A stretch of 61,923 nucleotides of DNA, filler included, from a candidate division TA06 bacterium SM23_40 (GTDB lineage Bacteria; LJUI01; SM1-40): assembly GCA_001303705.1 (NCBI GenBank). It is 4 parts of 4 records of this genome, joined end to end, with 100 filler letters (N's around TTAATTAATTAA, not from the genome) between each part and the next. Parts side by side here need not be neighbours in the genome. Positions count along the whole stretch, not along the records: positions 1 to 29,112 come from LJUI01000013.1; 3 more parts are not named here. One strand, 5' to 3'. Positions 19,673 to 29,212 of this stretch are shown here, piece by piece; the stretch's first letter is position 1, and every line of letters starts with the position of its first letter. The position numbers and the translations under genes are program-made. Below the pieces are notes generated by a model. That model was not told the DNA's origin, did not search any database, and saw only the letters and a program-made list of their open reading frames with translations.

Positions 19673-20812
19673 TCAGTCCGATGACACGACGAAGATCGGA
19701 TCAGCGAATAGTACGAACTCCAGAAGCGTTTTTCTGTCGTCCGCGTCGAGGAAACCCTGCCGCTCAAGCATCGTCTCTGCGAACTCCACCTTCGCCCGCA
19801 GAAACGCCTGACCGAGCGACATCCCGGCCGAGGCCCAGCGCAGGAAGCCTGCCACCAGAAGATCGGCCTCGGACGGAGGCGGCCTGGCGGGACCGTATGA
19901 CGTGGCGGTCGATCCGACGAAGCCGCGCGCACCGGCGTCCAGGAATGCAAGAGCGAGCGAGGTGGCGTGGTCTTCGCCGACTACATTCGCTCCGTAGCAG
20001 GCCTCGGAGGCGATGACCGCCCCCGATGCACGCCCTATCTGCGTGGGATCGATCAGGCAGGGATACGCCGGATACTCCGGAGGATCATCGGGGGCCGCCT
20101 GCCCATACCACCCCGGCCGGTCGGGAAGACCGTGCAGATTGAAGTACAGCCAGCGCCTGGCTGCAAGCCAGGTAGGAGAAAAGTTCTCCCGTGTGAGCGG
20201 CGGAGAGATCCGCAAATCGTCCGGCTCACCGATGACGCTGAACACTACCCTCGATGAATCCTTCCATACGCTCGCAGAGCAGCCGAACGCCTCGGCGCGG
20301 TCTGTCGACGCAGGACATCGGGTCTCGACCGGACCGAGAGATTGTTCGATCACTGCAAGCCAGCGTCGAGGATCGCCCGCTCCTGAGCCTGAGAGCACTC
20401 CATCGGGGAGACGTCCCAGAGACCTTTCCGGAACGAGGAACTCGTCGTCACGAGATGCATACGGATTGTCGGAGAGGACGATCTCGTCGCCATCGAGGGT
20501 CGGGTTCGGCAATCGATAGAAGGGGACGATGTCATCTCCGCCCAGGATGCAGTAATGTACGGGAAGTTCGCCGCGCCGATCGAGCGAGGCATCGAGGCGG
20601 TCGAGCAGGCGCTTGATAGCCTCGGGTTCGATGCTACGAACCGGGGCCACTCCCAGCGGACGGACGTACCGTTCGTCGTCGATGAACAGAAGCTGCCTTT
20701 CCGGGCCCCCGCCAGCGCCGCGCCCGAGGATTCGCTCCAACGCGCCGATTACCCCCTCCCCGTATTTTGCAACCAGATTCGATCGCGCCGTGAGTACCAG
20801 TTCCTGCATCAC
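19673..20812 (-). CDS. peptidase C25 (gingipain)-like cysteine peptidase
   Basis: ILGGDDIVPF, SDNPY, LGRLP, YFNLHG (His), SEACYG (Cys), FVLFADP. Confidence 0.7.
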   Translation of the reverse strand: MMQELVLTARSNLVAKYGEGVIGALERILGRGAGGGPERQLLFIDDERYVRPLGVAPVRSIEPEAIKRLLDRLDASLDRRGELPVHYCILGGDDIVPFYRLPNPTLDGDEIVLSDNPYASRDDEFLVPERSLGRLPDGVLSGSGAGDPRRWLAVIEQSLGPVETRCPASTDRAEAFGCSASVWKDSSRVVFSVIGEPDDLRISPPLTRENFSPTWLAARRWLYFNLHGLPDRPGWYGQAAPDDPPEYPAYPCLIDPTQIGRASGAVIASEACYGANVVGEDHATSLALAFLDAGARGFVGSTATSYGPARPPPSEADLLVAGFLRWASAGMSLGQAFLRAKVEFAETMLERQGFLDADDRKTLLEFVLFADPIFVVSSD

Positions 20813-21259
20813 TCAGCTTCCAGAAGTGAACTCACGATCTTCTTCATCTCAGAATCTCAGACGAGAACTCTATCGCCAGGCTGATGCTATCTGTCGCTTC
20901 CTGTTCAGAGACCAGGCCGGCTACCTCGTACACTGCCCGGTGACGTCGCCTCCGAATCCGATCGAGGCGCTTGAGACGACTCTTCCACGCCTCGCCCAGA
21001 ACGCTCTGTGCAAACATGATAGCGGTCTTGTGCCTCTCAGGGCCTCTCGTTCGATATCCGTGCACTTGCATGAGAGCAAGGCACGATTGAAGCATCGAAT
21101 TATACGCTAGATTATGAGCCCAATCGAGATCGTGTGCGGTCAGGACCTGAGCAATCTTCAAGTCTCTCTCTCGACAATAGAGAGAAGACTGTCTATCTCG
21201 CCAGGAATGACCGGCACCTTCTCAATGAGGTGTTTCCTTTCGAGTTCTTCAGAGGGCAT
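20809..21259 (-). pseudogene. HEPN domain toxin, frameshifted twice
   Basis: Removing one extra GA in the (GA)5 run at 21164-21173 and one copy of an 8-bp duplication (20846-20861) gives 147 codons from ATG 21259 with ERDLKIA, AYNSML, RRRRHRAVY. Confidence 0.75.
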
Positions 21260-21821
21260 CTTCAGATCCAATGAGATAAATCTTTGGCTGGGCCCGTATC
21301 TGGCGAACGAAGGAAGTCCCTTGCTTCTGTTCCCATTCTTCGGGAGTGAAGACCGTACAGTTTATTTCTCGTCTGAGGCTTTCCTCGGCCTCATCGATTG
21401 CCCGGCTGAGCTCATCCAGATCCAGTCTCCCGATGATCATAATGTCGATGTCAGACCCGATCTCTTCGTTGCCCTTGGCCACCGAACCATAGATGAAGCA
21501 GATCTGGACATCTTTTACGCTAGACATGCGCTGTCTGAGGAAGTCTCCTATGCCCACGGTTTTGAGGAATATCGCCTTCAAATCGGGATAGATCGGGCAG
21601 TCCTGGTCAATACGATAGTACCTGACATTAGCCTCCTTAGAGCTCGTGAGCAGACCGATCCTCTCCAGGTTCTCGAGCTCCCTCTGCAGACTGGAAGGTC
21701 GCTTACCGAGTTCCTTCGCCAACCCATGGAGGTAGAATCCCTCTGTGGGATGACTCAGGAAGAGAGCGAGAAGCTCGGCCCGCACCGTTGACGAGAAAAG
21801 GCGATTCAAGTGACCTTTCAC
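21249..21821 (-). CDS. wHTH-fused minimal nucleotidyltransferase (MNT antitoxin)
   Basis: N-terminal HTH (LQRELENLERIGLL) and YGSVAKG...SDIDIMIIG. Confidence 0.88.
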   Translation of the reverse strand: MKGHLNRLFSSTVRAELLALFLSHPTEGFYLHGLAKELGKRPSSLQRELENLERIGLLTSSKEANVRYYRIDQDCPIYPDLKAIFLKTVGIGDFLRQRMSSVKDVQICFIYGSVAKGNEEIGSDIDIMIIGRLDLDELSRAIDEAEESLRREINCTVFTPEEWEQKQGTSFVRQIRAQPKIYLIGSEDAL

Positions 21822-21856
21822 GGATTATCACCTACCTTAGACCGTCAGGCAGAATC

Positions 21857-21894
21857 GTACGTGATATGCGTATAATTATACGCAGTTTACGTAC
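21857..21894. promoter_or_regulatory. palindromic operator candidate upstream of MNT-HEPN
   Basis: Perfect 18-bp palindrome TGCGTATAATTATACGCA (21867-21884) flanked by GTACGT/ACGTAC arms. Confidence 0.6.
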
Positions 21895-21957
21895 AAAATT
21901 GCATCGCTCGCACACAATGTCAAGGAAAATGAGATGATTCCAGAGCTGCGGGCTCGC

Positions 21958-22434
21958 CTACTTGCGGCAGATCACGTGGAGGCAGAAGGGATCACCTCTG
22001 GGGATGGAGCGCTCGATGAAATAGTCGAGGTCCTCGTTCAGCCCGCGAACGAGGGCTTCCTCCATCGTCGTATGGGCCTCGCATATCTCGGGGCTGGTGA
22101 ACGGGTAGGGACAGGCAGTGGCCTTGATGGCGATTCGATCCTCATCAAACTCCGTCACTTCGCCTTCGACGAGAACATTGTTGAACACCCTGACGACGAA
22201 GTGTCCTACGTCGGCGATCTCCATCTTCCCTTCTCGATCCCGCACGCGCCGGGCGATCGACTCGCCATAGTCCCGGCTCACATCTCTGATAAGCTCCAGC
22301 CCCTCGTCGCCGAACTTCTCGACGATGGCCTCGTACAGAATACGTATGCGGGTCGCCAGCCCCCTGACAACCTGGCGATTGCGCACCTCCAGAGGGACTT
22401 CCTCAGTCTCCATCGACGGCGGATACCGAATCAT
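21958..22434 (-). CDS. ATC-hydrolase-like / V4R-fold protein
   Basis: EAIVEKFGDEG, ACPY, ICEAH, GDPFC Cys pattern. Confidence 0.6.
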   Translation of the reverse strand: MIRYPPSMETEEVPLEVRNRQVVRGLATRIRILYEAIVEKFGDEGLELIRDVSRDYGESIARRVRDREGKMEIADVGHFVVRVFNNVLVEGEVTEFDEDRIAIKATACPYPFTSPEICEAHTTMEEALVRGLNEDLDYFIERSIPRGDPFCLHVICRK

Positions 22435-22503
22435 GCGATTCCCCCTTCGTCGATCTCGTGCGCCACAGCATCCCGCGTCGGTCCAGACGGAGCGGCAGAG
22501 CGC

Positions 22504-22965
22504 CTATACCGCCGCGTGCGGGTCGTTGGCAAGCCGGATGTCCGCCTCGATACGCACCTCGGGTCTCACAGACAGGGTTACCATACAGAGTGATCGGGCC
22601 CTCTCGAGCGCCTGGCGAGCTTCTTCTTGCGACCGCTCGTCCCTGACATAGATTCTCGGTCTCACCGTGACTGTCACGAACCGAAGCTCTCCGCCGACAA
22701 TCGTCGCCAGGGCATCGGCCTCACTTTCATAGGAGACGAGTTCGACCTTCTGCCGCTCAGCGAGCGACACGAAGGTCGTCATCACACAGACATTGATCGA
22801 CGAGACGAAGAGATCCTCGGGCGACCAGAACCCACCTTCGCCCCCAAACTCAGGCGGGCAGGCGACCTCCACATCGGCCTTGCCTGCGGCCGACATCGTC
22901 CCTCGATGCTCTCCGGTCCAGCGAACAGATGTCTCGTAGCGGTAACGCTTCGGCTTGAGCTCCAC
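22504..22965 (-). CDS. OsmC family protein
   Basis: PPEFGG, SPEDLFVSSINVCVMTTF, second Cys in LCMVT. Confidence 0.85.
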   Translation of the reverse strand: MELKPKRYRYETSVRWTGEHRGTMSAAGKADVEVACPPEFGGEGGFWSPEDLFVSSINVCVMTTFVSLAERQKVELVSYESEADALATIVGGELRFVTVTVRPRIYVRDERSQEEARQALERARSLCMVTLSVRPEVRIEADIRLANDPHAAV

Positions 22966-23017
22966 CGACTCCCTCCCTCGATCGTCCAGGAACCAGCTCG
23001 AGAGGGACGAACGTCCA

Positions 23018-23245
23018 TCAGCGGCCGCAGCACCGCTTCGGATCATCGCACGGGTTGGTGGTGCCGCAGCACGACTCCTGACTCTCCCCTTCAGCAGCCC
23101 TGACGAAGATGCCAGCCCCTCCGCTGATGAGACGTTCAGCCTTCGTCCCGCATCTCGGACAAGCTGCTCGTGGCTCGGAGGTCATCGCCTCGTACTTCTC
23201 GAATTTCTTCCCGCACTCAGGACATTGGTATTCATAGGTCGGCAT
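23018..23245 (-). CDS. FmdB family zinc-ribbon protein
   Basis: MPTYEYQCPECG...CPRCG. Confidence 0.88.
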   Translation of the reverse strand: MPTYEYQCPECGKKFEKYEAMTSEPRAACPRCGTKAERLISGGAGIFVRAAEGESQESCCGTTNPCDDPKRCCGR

Positions 23246-23261
23246 CGAGTACATCACCTCG

Positions 23262-23960
23262 CTATGTGGTGCTGCTCTTCCTCATCCACGGGTGGTACGA
23301 GTCGAGCGTATAGAGGATGGCCAGCGGGTTGTGTCCCAACAGGCGATCCTTCACCGCGAGGACCGTGGTCAACGCTTCGGAGAACTTGAAGAACAGGGCA
23401 TCATGGCCAACGCAGAGCCCGAGCACCACATTGAAATCGGTCCCTGCCTCATTGAGCACCATAGCTTGGCCGACTGGATTGCACATGGCTTCGGGTGATC
23501 CGATGTTGATCTTTTCATCATCCCGTACGCCGATGCTCTTTTTCGGCACACCCCCAACCTTGCATACCACAGAGACAACGTCGAATCCCTGCGCGCGGAA
23601 GACCTCTGTCGCCAGCCGGGCCTCCTCGTGGAGCCCCGAGCAGAATGCAAGGCCGAGACGCTCATAGCCCATGCGGTGGGCAAACTCCACTATCTCCTGA
23701 ATCCTCGGCTTCACAGGACGCTTCACGTACGGGACGACCTCCCGGCCGGCATAGCACGCAGCCTCCTGGATCGAGGCCTGGCGAGCGTATTCGCGCACCT
23801 CAGGGCGGGTATAGATCGATTCCACCTGTTTGTATCTATCTCCAAAGCCGATGGAAGGACAGCCTTTCGGCCCCGTTCCCTCAGGCATCCTGCATATGCG
23901 CCGATCGGCCGGGAGCGGGCAATCGGCGCATGAGGCTCGGCGGCCCGAACTAGTGGTCAC
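23262..23960 (-). CDS. DUF1847 metal-binding protein
   Basis: RLGLAFCSGL, SVVCKVG, MCNPVGQA, GLCVGHD, KDRLLGHNP. Confidence 0.88.
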   Translation of the reverse strand: MTTSSGRRASCADCPLPADRRICRMPEGTGPKGCPSIGFGDRYKQVESIYTRPEVREYARQASIQEAACYAGREVVPYVKRPVKPRIQEIVEFAHRMGYERLGLAFCSGLHEEARLATEVFRAQGFDVVSVVCKVGGVPKKSIGVRDDEKINIGSPEAMCNPVGQAMVLNEAGTDFNVVLGLCVGHDALFFKFSEALTTVLAVKDRLLGHNPLAILYTLDSYHPWMRKSSTT

Positions 23961-25314
23961 AGATATTCTCCCCCGTCGCAAGCGTCCCGCTCAGGTACTG
24001 ACTAACGAGGTCATGAGGAGGAAGGGATGGCGCTCCAACCACGACCTCAATGCCATTCTGCGCGAAGATCGCCCGTGCCCGCTGCCCCATTCCGCCGGCT
24101 ATGATGATGTTCGCTCCGTTCTCGTGAAGCCAGCGAGGCAGGGCGCCGGGCTCATGTGGGGGTCCGGTCTTCATCTCGGTTCCTCTGATCTCTCCCCCTA
24201 CGACATCAACAAGGGCGAATGTCTCGCAGTGACCGAAGTGGGCGGAGAGCTTGCCGTCTGCGATCGGGACCGCTATCCTCAACGTTTCATCGGAACGAGG
24301 AATCATATTCTCCTCCTCTGAATCACATGGTGCGCCGTGCCCCGGCCCGGCACCTCCTCCCGAGGCCTGCCTCCTTCTGCCGTCGTCCCCGGAGGTGCCC
24401 GCCCTCTCCATGGGAGAACGACTGTCGAGGCTCAGTATACGCTCAACGATGTTTCCGAATGCCTGGCCAGCGGGCGTGGCCGACTCCCCCGTGAGCAACG
24501 GCTGCCCGCGGTCAGAACGATCGACGATCTCTGGCTCGAGGGGGATGCTCGCGAGGAATGGCACACCCATCTCGAGCGCCATCTTCCTCCCCCCGCCGGT
24601 CTTGAATACATCGATGCGTTTCCCACAGTGGGGACAGGTGAGCCAGCTCATGTTCTCCACCACCCCGAGCACCCCAAGACCGAGACGCCGGCAGAATGTG
24701 ATGCACTTGCGGACATCGGAGAGTGCGAGCTCTTGAGGAGTCGTCACGATTATCGCCCCGTCGGCCTGACCGATGAGCTGAATGATGGAGAGCGGCTCAT
24801 CGCCAGTTCCCGGAGGCGAGTCAACGATGAGGTAGTCGAGTTCGCCCCATTCGACATCCTTGAGGAACTGCTTGATGGCGCCCATCTTGAGAGGACCGCG
24901 CCAGATGATCGGTGCCTGGTCACTGCTCAGCATGAAGCCGATCGACATCACCACGAGATTGGGGCCGGCCTTGACCGGCGATATGCCCGTCGGCGCGGCG
25001 CCGGGACGCTTGCCCTCCAGCCCGAGGAGCTTCGGAACACTCGGGCCGTGGATGTCGATGTCAAGAAGCCCCACGCGCTTCCCCGCAACCGCCAATTGAA
25101 CTGCAAGATTGACGGCAACCGTGCTCTTGCCCACACCTCCCTTCCCGCTCAGTACCACTATCTTATGACCGATCGATGCCATGCGCCGGCCGATAGCCAG
25201 TCGGTCCATATCGACGTTCGGGCCACTCGTCTCTCCGTGTCCCGTTCTCCCACTGGCCTCTGTCGACGCGCCCGATCCCTCGCTATCTCCCGATCTATCT
25301 TCTCGTTTTGCCAC
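23950..25314 (-). CDS. Mrp/NBP35 Fe-S carrier ATPase fused to a C-terminal NifB/NifX-type domain
   Basis: SGKGGVGKST, DSPPGTGDE, CPHC; C-terminal SAHFGHCETF...AGGMG...NICDH. Confidence 0.92.
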   Translation of the reverse strand: MAKREDRSGDSEGSGASTEASGRTGHGETSGPNVDMDRLAIGRRMASIGHKIVVLSGKGGVGKSTVAVNLAVQLAVAGKRVGLLDIDIHGPSVPKLLGLEGKRPGAAPTGISPVKAGPNLVVMSIGFMLSSDQAPIIWRGPLKMGAIKQFLKDVEWGELDYLIVDSPPGTGDEPLSIIQLIGQADGAIIVTTPQELALSDVRKCITFCRRLGLGVLGVVENMSWLTCPHCGKRIDVFKTGGGRKMALEMGVPFLASIPLEPEIVDRSDRGQPLLTGESATPAGQAFGNIVERILSLDSRSPMERAGTSGDDGRRRQASGGGAGPGHGAPCDSEEENMIPRSDETLRIAVPIADGKLSAHFGHCETFALVDVVGGEIRGTEMKTGPPHEPGALPRWLHENGANIIIAGGMGQRARAIFAQNGIEVVVGAPSLPPHDLVSQYLSGTLATGENICDH

Positions 25315-25392
25315 TCCAGTTCCTCCTTAATTTCTTCTCCGATGGGGGACGACGCTCACACCCGATCTCATGCGTCTCCCCCATCTGCCCGA

Positions 25393-26256
25393 TCAACGGC
25401 CCAGCGATGCCAGGACGCCATCCCATACTTCCTCTATCGCTGAGGCCGCACCGTCACTACAGTATTCGACCACCGATTGTCGGTGGATCATCGCCTCCGT
25501 CACCCTCTGGTCGAACGGTATCCGCCCGCAGAGTCGGATCCCTTCACGGTTACAGAGCGTATCGATTCTCGCGGTCATGTCAAGGTTAATGTCGTATCGA
25601 TTGATGCACGCGATGACCGGTATATCGAAGTGGACAGCCAATCCCACGATACGCTCCATGTCGTGGATCCCTGAAAGCGTCGGTTCAGCGACGACCAGAA
25701 CGAGGTCTACTCCGGTTATCGAGGAGATGACCGGACACCCGATCCCTGGCGGGCCATCTATCAGTACCAGACCCAGCCCCCGCTCCCTACCCAGGGTCTT
25801 CGCCTCATTCCGAATAACAGCGACGAGCTTCCCCGAGTTCTCCTCAGCGATCCCCAGGCGGGCGTGGACGAGCGGCCCCACCCGCGTCTCTGAGACGAAC
25901 CACTCGCCTGAGACGTTCTCTTCGAGGTCAATGGCCTGCTCAGGACAGACGTGCGCGCAGACACCGCACCCCTCACAGGCGAATCGATCGACGATGAGGT
26001 CACTCGATATCGCATCGAACCGGCAGACCTCGCGGCATTCGCCACAGGCAGAACAGGCTCCCTCGTCGATACATGCCGTCCGGCTGGAACGGAACTCCTC
26101 CCGTCTCACAATAGTGGGCTCGAGGAGAAGGTGGAGATCGGCCGCATCGACATCGCCATCTACGAGGACCGAGTCCTTCGCGAGAGAGGCGAGAGATGCT
26201 ATGACGCTCGTCTTTCCCGTCCCGCCCTTTCCGCTGACGACCGCTACCTGCTTCAT
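25393..26256 (-). CDS. MinD-superfamily P-loop ATPase with inserted ferredoxin
   Basis: SGKGGTGKT, two CxxCxxCxxxC, ENSGKLV, DGPPGIGCP. Confidence 0.9.
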   Translation of the reverse strand: MKQVAVVSGKGGTGKTSVIASLASLAKDSVLVDGDVDAADLHLLLEPTIVRREEFRSSRTACIDEGACSACGECREVCRFDAISSDLIVDRFACEGCGVCAHVCPEQAIDLEENVSGEWFVSETRVGPLVHARLGIAEENSGKLVAVIRNEAKTLGRERGLGLVLIDGPPGIGCPVISSITGVDLVLVVAEPTLSGIHDMERIVGLAVHFDIPVIACINRYDINLDMTARIDTLCNREGIRLCGRIPFDQRVTEAMIHRQSVVEYCSDGAASAIEEVWDGVLASLGR

Positions 26257-27122
26257 CGACTCACCTCATGGTGGAGAGCACGGCCGCGAATCGCACGCTC
26301 CTCGATGCTCCGGAGAAGTGTCTGAAAGGCGACTCTCCACTCCGCCATCATCTCGACCAACAGCTCCCCCCGCGAGTACGCTTCGGCAATACGGCGGTCG
26401 AACGGTATCTCTAAGTCAATCGGTATCCCTTGATCGCGGCAGTAGTGATAGACTTCCTCATCACCGAGGCCTGCCCGGTTGACCACCACACTGAATGGTA
26501 TTTGCAGCTCACGCACTGTCTGTACCGCCAGTACCAGGTCATTCAGTCCGAAAGGAGTCGGTTCGGTGACGAGGAGCACGAAGTCGGCCCCCCTGATACT
26601 CTCGATCACGGGGCAGGAGGTGCCCGGAGGAGCATCGATAATAACGAGTCTCGATCTCTCGATCCTTTTCTTCACCGCCCGAATGAGCGGAGGGGACATC
26701 GCCTCTCCGATCCGAAGCCGGCCGTGGACGAAATCGATGCCCCCCGCAGTCCCCCATTCGACCGTACCGATCTCCCGCGGTATTTCCCGGATGGCATCTG
26801 TGGGACAGACGAGAGAACAGCCGCCGCAGCCGTGGCAGAGCTCCTGGAATGTGAGGACCTGATCGCCCAGCACCGCGATCGCATGGTAGGCACATATCTC
26901 CGCGCATTCACGGCAAAGGTTGCACTTCTCCATCTCGACATCAGGTACGGGTATGGTCACGCACTCCGAACCGCGTATCTCGGGCCTGAGGAAGATATGC
27001 ACGTTCGGCTCCTCGACATCGCAGTCGAGCAACTGCACAGCTGAGGCACTGGACGCGGCGAGGCTGGTCGCGACTGTCGTCTTGCCGGTGCCGCCTTTGC
27101 CGCTCGCAACAGCAACGATCAT
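26253..27122 (-). CDS. MinD-superfamily P-loop ATPase with inserted ferredoxin
   Basis: ASGKGGTGKTT, DCDVEEPN, DAPPGTSCP, EPTPFGLND. Confidence 0.9.
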   Translation of the reverse strand: MIVAVASGKGGTGKTTVATSLAASSASAVQLLDCDVEEPNVHIFLRPEIRGSECVTIPVPDVEMEKCNLCRECAEICAYHAIAVLGDQVLTFQELCHGCGGCSLVCPTDAIREIPREIGTVEWGTAGGIDFVHGRLRIGEAMSPPLIRAVKKRIERSRLVIIDAPPGTSCPVIESIRGADFVLLVTEPTPFGLNDLVLAVQTVRELQIPFSVVVNRAGLGDEEVYHYCRDQGIPIDLEIPFDRRIAEAYSRGELLVEMMAEWRVAFQTLLRSIEERAIRGRALHHEVSR

Positions 27123-27213
27123 AGATCAGGTCCTTAGTTGCTGCCCTCTCATAGCCGAGAACAGGTCGAACTCGTCTCTGTAGCTATCCCGACAGAACCC
27201 ACGGGGGAGAGTT

Positions 27214-27423
27214 TTACCGTGCGCGGGTCATCGCAGCCCCACACTTCGGGCACTTGACCGAATTACACGGCACCCCACGCTGGTGTGGTACTTTCGCTCC
27301 ACAATCCGGACAGACACAGTCCCCTCCGGGCCCCAATCCGTACCCCCCCATCCTTCCACTGCCCTGTCCCTGTCCACCCCCACCGGGTTCTCCGGGCGGT
27401 CCAGTTCCATTCCCACGTGGCAT
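27214..27423 (-). CDS. small Gly-rich Cys-rich protein (DUF5320-related)
   Basis: MPRGNGTGP...CVCPDCG...HQRGVPC...CPKCG. Confidence 0.75.
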   Translation of the reverse strand: MPRGNGTGPPGEPGGGGQGQGSGRMGGYGLGPGGDCVCPDCGAKVPHQRGVPCNSVKCPKCGAAMTRAR

Positions 27424-27424
27424 C

Positions 27425-27865
27425 TCAGTTCCCTCCCTTCGAATGGATGTCATCGATGGCCCGCCGCAACGTCGCCACCGCCAGCTCGGCGCAGTGTGCG
27501 TACGACTCAGGCAGGCCGCCGAGAATCTCGAGTATGTCCTCGGGCATAATTCTTGCAGCCTCCTCTCCCGTCTTCCCCCTTGCGATATCTGTCACTACGC
27601 AACCACAAGCAAGGCTCGGTCCGCACCCGTCGGTCAGGAACGTCGCTTCGCGTATCCGACCGTCCCTCACTCCGAGAAAGATCGACATCGTGTCCCCACA
27701 CGGGCCTGTGAACGTAGCCTGCCCATCAGGATCCTCGAGCTCGCCGACATTGATGGGATCGAGGAAAAGCTCTATCACTCGCTCGCTGAATACCTTCCGT
27801 GCATCGGCGAGGATCTGATCCTGAATGTCGCGCGCCACCCTATCCAGATCCATTTCCGGGGACAT
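27425..27865 (-). CDS. IscU/NifU N-terminal-like Fe-S scaffold
   Basis: GPCGDTM, DGCG, HCAELAV. Confidence 0.85.
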   Translation of the reverse strand: MSPEMDLDRVARDIQDQILADARKVFSERVIELFLDPINVGELEDPDGQATFTGPCGDTMSIFLGVRDGRIREATFLTDGCGPSLACGCVVTDIARGKTGEEAARIMPEDILEILGGLPESYAHCAELAVATLRRAIDDIHSKGGN

Positions 27866-27943
27866 CCTTGCTCGTTCCCTCCCTCTGAGGCCGACTGATG
27901 ACCGACGCCTCGTCCGGCACCGGTCGGTGAGTCGGCGGCTCGA

Positions 27944-28306
27944 TCACGCCCAATGGCTTTCCTTGTCGGGACCCGTTACCACCGCCAGCTTTCCCTGTCT
28001 GAACTGCTCGATGGCCTCTCGCACGGTCCCGGTCGCACCTACTACGACCTTGATCTGTCCGGCGGCGAGGGTGCGGAACGCCTTCGGACCGCAGTGGCCG
28101 GTGATGACATGAGTCACCCCGCGCTGGGCTATGTTCTGCGCCGCCTGGATCCCTGCCCCCTGCGGCGCCGACAGGGTCTGAGAATTGTCCACCCATTCGT
28201 ACTCCATTGACTCCAGTTCGACGATAATGAAACCCGCCGCCCTGCCGAAGCGCTCATCTACTGGCGAATCGAGATCTCTCCCCTTGCTCGTGATACCGAT
28301 CTTCAT
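27944..28306 (-). CDS. NifB/NifX family cofactor-binding protein
   Basis: RFGRA, GAGIQAAQ, ITGHCGPKAF. Confidence 0.88.
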   Translation of the reverse strand: MKIGITSKGRDLDSPVDERFGRAAGFIIVELESMEYEWVDNSQTLSAPQGAGIQAAQNIAQRGVTHVITGHCGPKAFRTLAAGQIKVVVGATGTVREAIEQFRQGKLAVVTGPDKESHWA

Positions 28307-28387
28307 TCTCCAGCTCCCGGGTGTGGTGTTATAGACGGGCGACACGAGGGCGGAGTTCACCGCCTCCGTCCCCGCGTCGCCCAGGCC

Positions 28388-28816
28388 TTATTCAGCCTCT
28401 TTCTTGCTCTTGCTCAGCTCTTTCATTCGGGCCCTGATCTCATCCATCTCCGCCTGGAGATCGGCCATCTCCTGTTCCAGAAACGCCCTCTCATCCGCCG
28501 GTGAGGGCGCACCCTCATACGGAGCGCCGTACGGGTAGGGCCCACCGTACCCCCAGTACGGGTGCGGGAACTGCCCTCCGCCGAAAGACCACCATCCCCG
28601 CCCCCGGCCCTGTCCACCACCCCAGCCTCTGCCGACGCCCCAACCTCTGCCGCCACCCCAGGCCCGACCTCTTCCCCCACCCCAGGGGAATCCGCCGCGC
28701 CCGACGCCGAACCGGGGCGTGCGGCCGTAGTACCCGCGGCCGCCGGTGCATAGCCCGAGCCCGCGCCCGGTCATGGGGCCAGCTCCCATCGGCCCTGTGC
28801 GATCAAGTCCTGGCAT
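28388..28816 (-). CDS. DUF5320 family Gly/Arg-rich protein
   Basis: MPGLDRTGPMGAGPMTGRGLGLC, RGG-rich middle, C-terminal coiled coil. Confidence 0.85.
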   Translation of the reverse strand: MPGLDRTGPMGAGPMTGRGLGLCTGGRGYYGRTPRFGVGRGGFPWGGGRGRAWGGGRGWGVGRGWGGGQGRGRGWWSFGGGQFPHPYWGYGGPYPYGAPYEGAPSPADERAFLEQEMADLQAEMDEIRARMKELSKSKKEAE

Positions 28817-28874
28817 GATGCATACCTCCTCGTAGTAGAATTGCTCCTCATCTGGTCCCCTGTGGGGCCCCGGT

Positions 28875-29112
28875 TCATCGATCGGCCAGCCTCCTGGTGG
28901 GCGGCCAGCGGTGCCTGCCCAACGGCGTCCTCCCGCGCATACCTCTGCTCCGTCCCCGTCCTCGACTCCGCCGATGCCACCTGTGCGCTGAGTGCCGGGC
29001 TCTCGCCGGTCCGCCAGCAAGGAACTCCGCGAGCACCTCCTCAACCGGACCGGCGGCAAACGGGATCACCTGAACGCCGTGGCTGGCCAGGAGCCTCCCG
29101 GAAAACGCGCTT
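28875..29112 (-). CDS. NifB/NifX family protein, 5'-truncated by contig end
   Basis: LLASHGVQVIPFAAGPVEEVLAEFLAG followed by an Arg-rich tail. Confidence 0.6.
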
Positions 29113-29212
29113 NNNNNNNNNNNNNNNNNNNNNNNNNNNNNNNNNNNNNNNNNNNNTTAATTAATTAANNNNNNNNNNNNNNNNNNNNNNNNNNNNNNNN
29201 NNNNNNNNNNNN
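29113..29212. other. artificial contig linker
   Basis: N44-TTAATTAATTAA-N44 (stops in all six frames). Confidence 0.98.
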
